From positions 18,746,534 through 18,810,533 of the forward strand of contig CM120644.1 of NCBI GenBank assembly GCA_051362555.1: a DNA stretch of 64,000 nt, written 5' to 3'. The DNA is from Lingula anatina. Taxonomy: Eukaryota > Animalia > Brachiopoda. The notes beneath the pieces are model-generated. The model was not told the DNA's origin and made no database searches. It saw only the letters and a list, made by a program, of their open reading frames with translations. How positions within the stretch are numbered: position 1 is the first letter of the stretch; the number at the start of each line of letters is the position of its first letter. Positions 60,748 to 64,000 of the stretch are shown here, in pieces. The position numbers and the translations under genes were made by a program.

Positions 60748-63396
60748 CTAGTAACATGCTTTCAAATTATCGTAGTGTACTACTCTAGGTGGACTTCTGG
60801 AATTCAGCTGTATTCGATAAATTTGGGCAGACAATCTCTCCACGACCTCATAGGGACCTAGCCACTTGGGTTGAAGCTTTGGACTGACACCTTTCTTCTT
60901 CTTGAGATTGTAGTACCACACCAAGTCGCCTTTCTTGAACACGTCTCCGTGGACTCTTAAATCGTAATTTCGTTTCTGAATTACAGCACTCTTCTGTTGT
61001 TTCTCCGTCGCTCTCCTCCATACTTCTGTCAGATTTTCTCGAAGATTGTATGCGTAATCTGTCTGGTTTTGATCTGCCGAGGGTGGCTCTTCAATCATTG
61101 CGTGGACGGGTAAGTCTACTTCTCTTCCCAGCATCATCATGTTGGGCGTTTCGCCAGTGCTGGAATGTCTAGAGCTTCTGTATGCCATTAGGAAAAGCGG
61201 AATCTTCTCATCCCAGTCCTTCTGGTTCCTGCTGGGTTCTAGAAACTTAGTTATGCCGTTTATTAGGGTCCGATTGAAGCGTTCCACAAAGCCATCTGAC
61301 TTGGGGTTAAAGGGAGCGGTCCTGGTCTTGTTTATACCCATCATGGCACAGACCTCTTGCATAACTGAAGACTCAAAATTTCTACCCTGATCAGAGTGGA
61401 TGCTGCCAGGTGTCCCAAACCTTGTAAAGACCTCCTCCACTAGGACTTTGGCTATTTTGTTGGCCTCTTGATTTGGCAATGGAAATGCTTCTGCCCACTT
61501 GGTGAAATAATCACATACCACCAAGATAACTCGATTACCTCGGTTACTCTGGTTTAATGGTCCCAAGATGTCCATTCCTATCCGTTCCATAGGAGCTCCC
61601 ACGAAAAACTGTTGTAATGGCGCCTTAGGTTTTCTTCCATATGTCTGTTGCTTTTGGCAAGTTCTGCAATTTTTGCACCAGGACCTTACATCATTGGCTA
61701 CACCATACCACCAGTATCGTTCCTGTATCCTGGCTAATGTTCTCTCTGCACCCATGTGACCGGCAGTAGGATGCGAATGGAAATGCTCCAGGATCATCTT
61801 TCGATATACCTTAGGGACAATCACTAGGGGTCTTGTCACCGATCCATCGTTTGATTCTTCTGTTGTGCATAACACTCAAGATTCTAGAGACAACTGGTCC
61901 CATTTAGCTACAAGGGTGCGGATGGCTGGAGACCATGGTTCCTGGCCATACTCTAATGGTCCAGATCCTTTACGCATGGCTACTAGAACTGGTCGGATAT
62001 CTGCATCCTCTCCCTGGGCCTCAGCCATCTCTTCTAATTTCACCAAAGGGGCAATGGAGATACTTCTTATGTGAGCTGGTTGAGGGTGCATCTGATCCTG
62101 GCGAATCCAGCGTCTCTTCATCACACGGCCCTGTTGTTTGGGTTCTTCTTCTCGTCCACACTGATGGCAAGGGTAACGGGATAGCCCATCCGCATTTTCA
62201 TGACTCCTTCCAGCTCGATGTTCTAGGTTAGGTTGGTACTCTTCTACTACTTGTATCCACCGGGCCAACTGTCCCTCGGCATCTTTCATTCTGAGAAGCC
62301 AAGTCAGGGCTGCATGGTCGGTACGCAAAGTAAAATCTTGTCCATACAGGAAGCTGCGAAAATGCTTCATGAAATGAATTGCTGCCAGAAATTCTTTTCT
62401 TGTGACACAGTAGTTTCGTTCTTCTTTTGTGAAGGCCCTGCTAGCATAGGCTATAACTTTTTCTTGTCCCTCTTGGACTTGAGACAACACTGCACCCATA
62501 CCAAAATTACTGGCGTCTGTATCTAATATGTAGCGACCTTCAATGCTTGGATAAGCAAGAATGGGGGAAGAAATAAGTCGTTGCTTCAGATCTTGAAAAG
62601 AGTCTTCACACTCTTCATTCCATAGGAAGAGATTTCCCTTCTCTGTCAAACGGTGTAGGGGTCTGGCTATATTGGCAAACCCTTTTATGAACTTCCGGTA
62701 ATAGGACGCTAACCCCAGAAAACTTCTAACTTCCGTTACCGTTCCGGGGGTTTTCCACTCCTTTATCACCTCGATCTTGTCTGGGTCTGTTCTAACCCCG
62801 TGCTTGGAGTCAACGTGACCGAGGTACTTCACTTCTGACTGAAACAGGTGGCATTTCTTTGGCTTCAACTTCATCTTGGCCTCTTGGAGACGACGGAAGA
62901 CCTCTTTGACCCTTTCTACCTCCTCTTCGAACGTTTGATGTCGTCCAAGTACACGAGGAGAATTTTCCAGTGGAGTCCACTCATCACTTGCTCCATGAGT
63001 CGTTCAAAGGTGGCTGGCGCGTTGCACATCCCAAATGGCATAACCTTCCATTGAAAAAGCCCGCCTCGGACAGCAAACGCTGATTTCCTCTTGGCATCTT
63101 CATCCAATTGCACCTGCCAGTAGCCACTGGCCAAATCAAATGTAGAAAACCACTCTGTCCCCGACAGTGCGTCAAATGTGTCATCAATTTTCGGGAGAGG
63201 GTACGAATCTTTCATGGTGACAGAGTTCAGTTTCCGGAAGTCAACACAAATTCGTGTAGACCCATCTTTCTTGGTCACCAGCACGATCGGTGATGCCCAC
63301 GGACTCGCAGACGGCTCTATGACGCCCCTTTCTAACATCTCTTGCACATGTTTATCAGCTTCATCTTGCTGTGATCTAGGCAACCTTCGGTATCCC
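60748..63396 (-). pseudogene. pol: pol of Gypsy B (RT, RNase H, integrase) with a frameshifting deletion after YLDD and an in-frame TGA at 61876-61878
   Basis: WASPIVLV, YLDD, DTDAS, HSHPTAGH..CRTC, DQGRNFES, WLGPY. Confidence 0.92.
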
Positions 63397-64000
63397 GGGC
63401 CCCCGTTTCACAAAAAAACTTAAGTCGGGTTCTCTGACTTAGGGCTTGGTTACCAACGTAATTAAGTCGTTACGTCACTAAGTCCCGTTTCACAAAGAAT
63501 CTAAAAGGTCGCTTACGTCGTTTTTTTCTAAGCTGTAAGTCGACGATGTCAAGCCTCCTCGGGAGGAGACTTAAGTTGTCGCTATCAGCAAAATGGCCGC
63601 TGCCGTAGTTGTCCAAAATCTTCATCGTTGGGCTCTTCGAAGAGAGCGTGTCTTCAGAGACCGTGAAAATCCTTTAGATTATTTTAATGACGATCAGCTG
63701 AGGGAGCGTTTTAGGTTTAGAAGACATTCTATTTTATTTATCCTTCAATTTATCAATAATACAATTCAACCTCCAACCAATAGAAGTCACTCAATACCGG
63801 CACTATTTCAGTTATTGATTACTTTGAGATTTTTAGCCACTGGTTCGTTTATGTTTGTTGTTGGGGATACAATCCCCAGAATATCCAAAGCAACTGTGTC
63901 CAGAGTGGTAAGAAGAGTTACTGTGGAAATAACACGTCTTGCAGGACAGTTCGTACAGTTTCCTAATGGAAGGCGACTTGAAGAAGTAAAGAAGGGGTTT
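63397..64000 (+). mobile_element. Left end of a PIF/Harbinger transposon inserted into pol of Gypsy B
   Basis: pol homology stops at GYRRLP. Terminus GGGCCCCCGTTTCACAAA with an internal repeat CCCGTTTCACAAA at about 63484. Confidence 0.8.
63593..64000 (+). CDS. HARBI1-like Harbinger transposase, N-terminal 136 codons (runs off the window; absent from the ORF track)
   Basis: MAAAVVV..RRERVFRDRENPLDYFNDDQLRERFRF..PPTNRSHSI..QLLITLRFLATGSF..VGD..ISKATVSRVV..FP, open to the end of the window. Confidence 0.88.
   Translation, partial: MAAAVVVQNLHRWALRRERVFRDRENPLDYFNDDQLRERFRFRRHSILFILQFINNTIQPPTNRSHSIPALFQLLITLRFLATGSFMFVVGDTIPRISKATVSRVVRRVTVEITRLAGQFVQFPNGRRLEEVKKGF

Larger units (their letters stand above)
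58202..63396 (-). mobile_element. Gypsy element B (3' part), interrupted by a Harbinger insertion
   Basis: 1843-bp LTR TGTAACG...CGTTACA (58202-60044), PPT AAAAGGATGGGGGCAA, zinc-finger ORF, and IN-RH-RT. Confidence 0.9.

Noticed and set aside
60702-60750. Programmed readthrough of the pol UAG into the zinc-finger ORF
   Set aside because: Not excluded but disfavoured: the sister copy D has an in-frame TAA here, and both copies keep a strong acceptor just downstream.

Overview
AT-rich animal DNA, probably a marine invertebrate such as a mollusc (inferred from the TE repertoire and GT-AG introns). I found no host gene; the window is almost entirely nested transposable elements. 1.1-4.6 kb: an ISL2EU-type PIF/Harbinger element with an intact spliced THAP+DDE transposase, inserted in a MULE-like MITE. 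5-29.5 kb: a nest in which a decayed ZNF862-like hAT contains a Sola2-like element, which contains (i) a hAT with a 6-bp TSD carrying a Sola3 element and (ii) a 15.5-kb hAT with a 7-bp TSD. The latter's 5-exon transposase is interrupted by a 5-bp-TSD hAT and by a full-length Gypsy element (identical 353-bp LTRs). That Gypsy has a Gag with an N-terminal ComEA-like helix-hairpin-helix domain and two extra ORFs after pol. 35-41 kb: a pogo/Tigger relic containing a second 7-bp-TSD hAT and a Merlin-like MITE. 41.5 kb: a 325-bp mini-LTR element whose LTRs each contain a tRNA-like Pol III gene (Helenus-type TRIM). 47-63.4 kb: three more Gypsy relics, each with a C2H2 zinc-finger ORF directly after pol and a shared hairpin before the PPT. 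The window ends in a HARBI1-type Harbinger transposase. Best novelty candidates: zinc-finger accessory ORFs in the env position behind apparent splice acceptors, the HhH-Gag, and ZNF862-like hATs with 7-bp TSDs. All family calls were made by eye from motifs, TIRs and TSDs; no database search was run.
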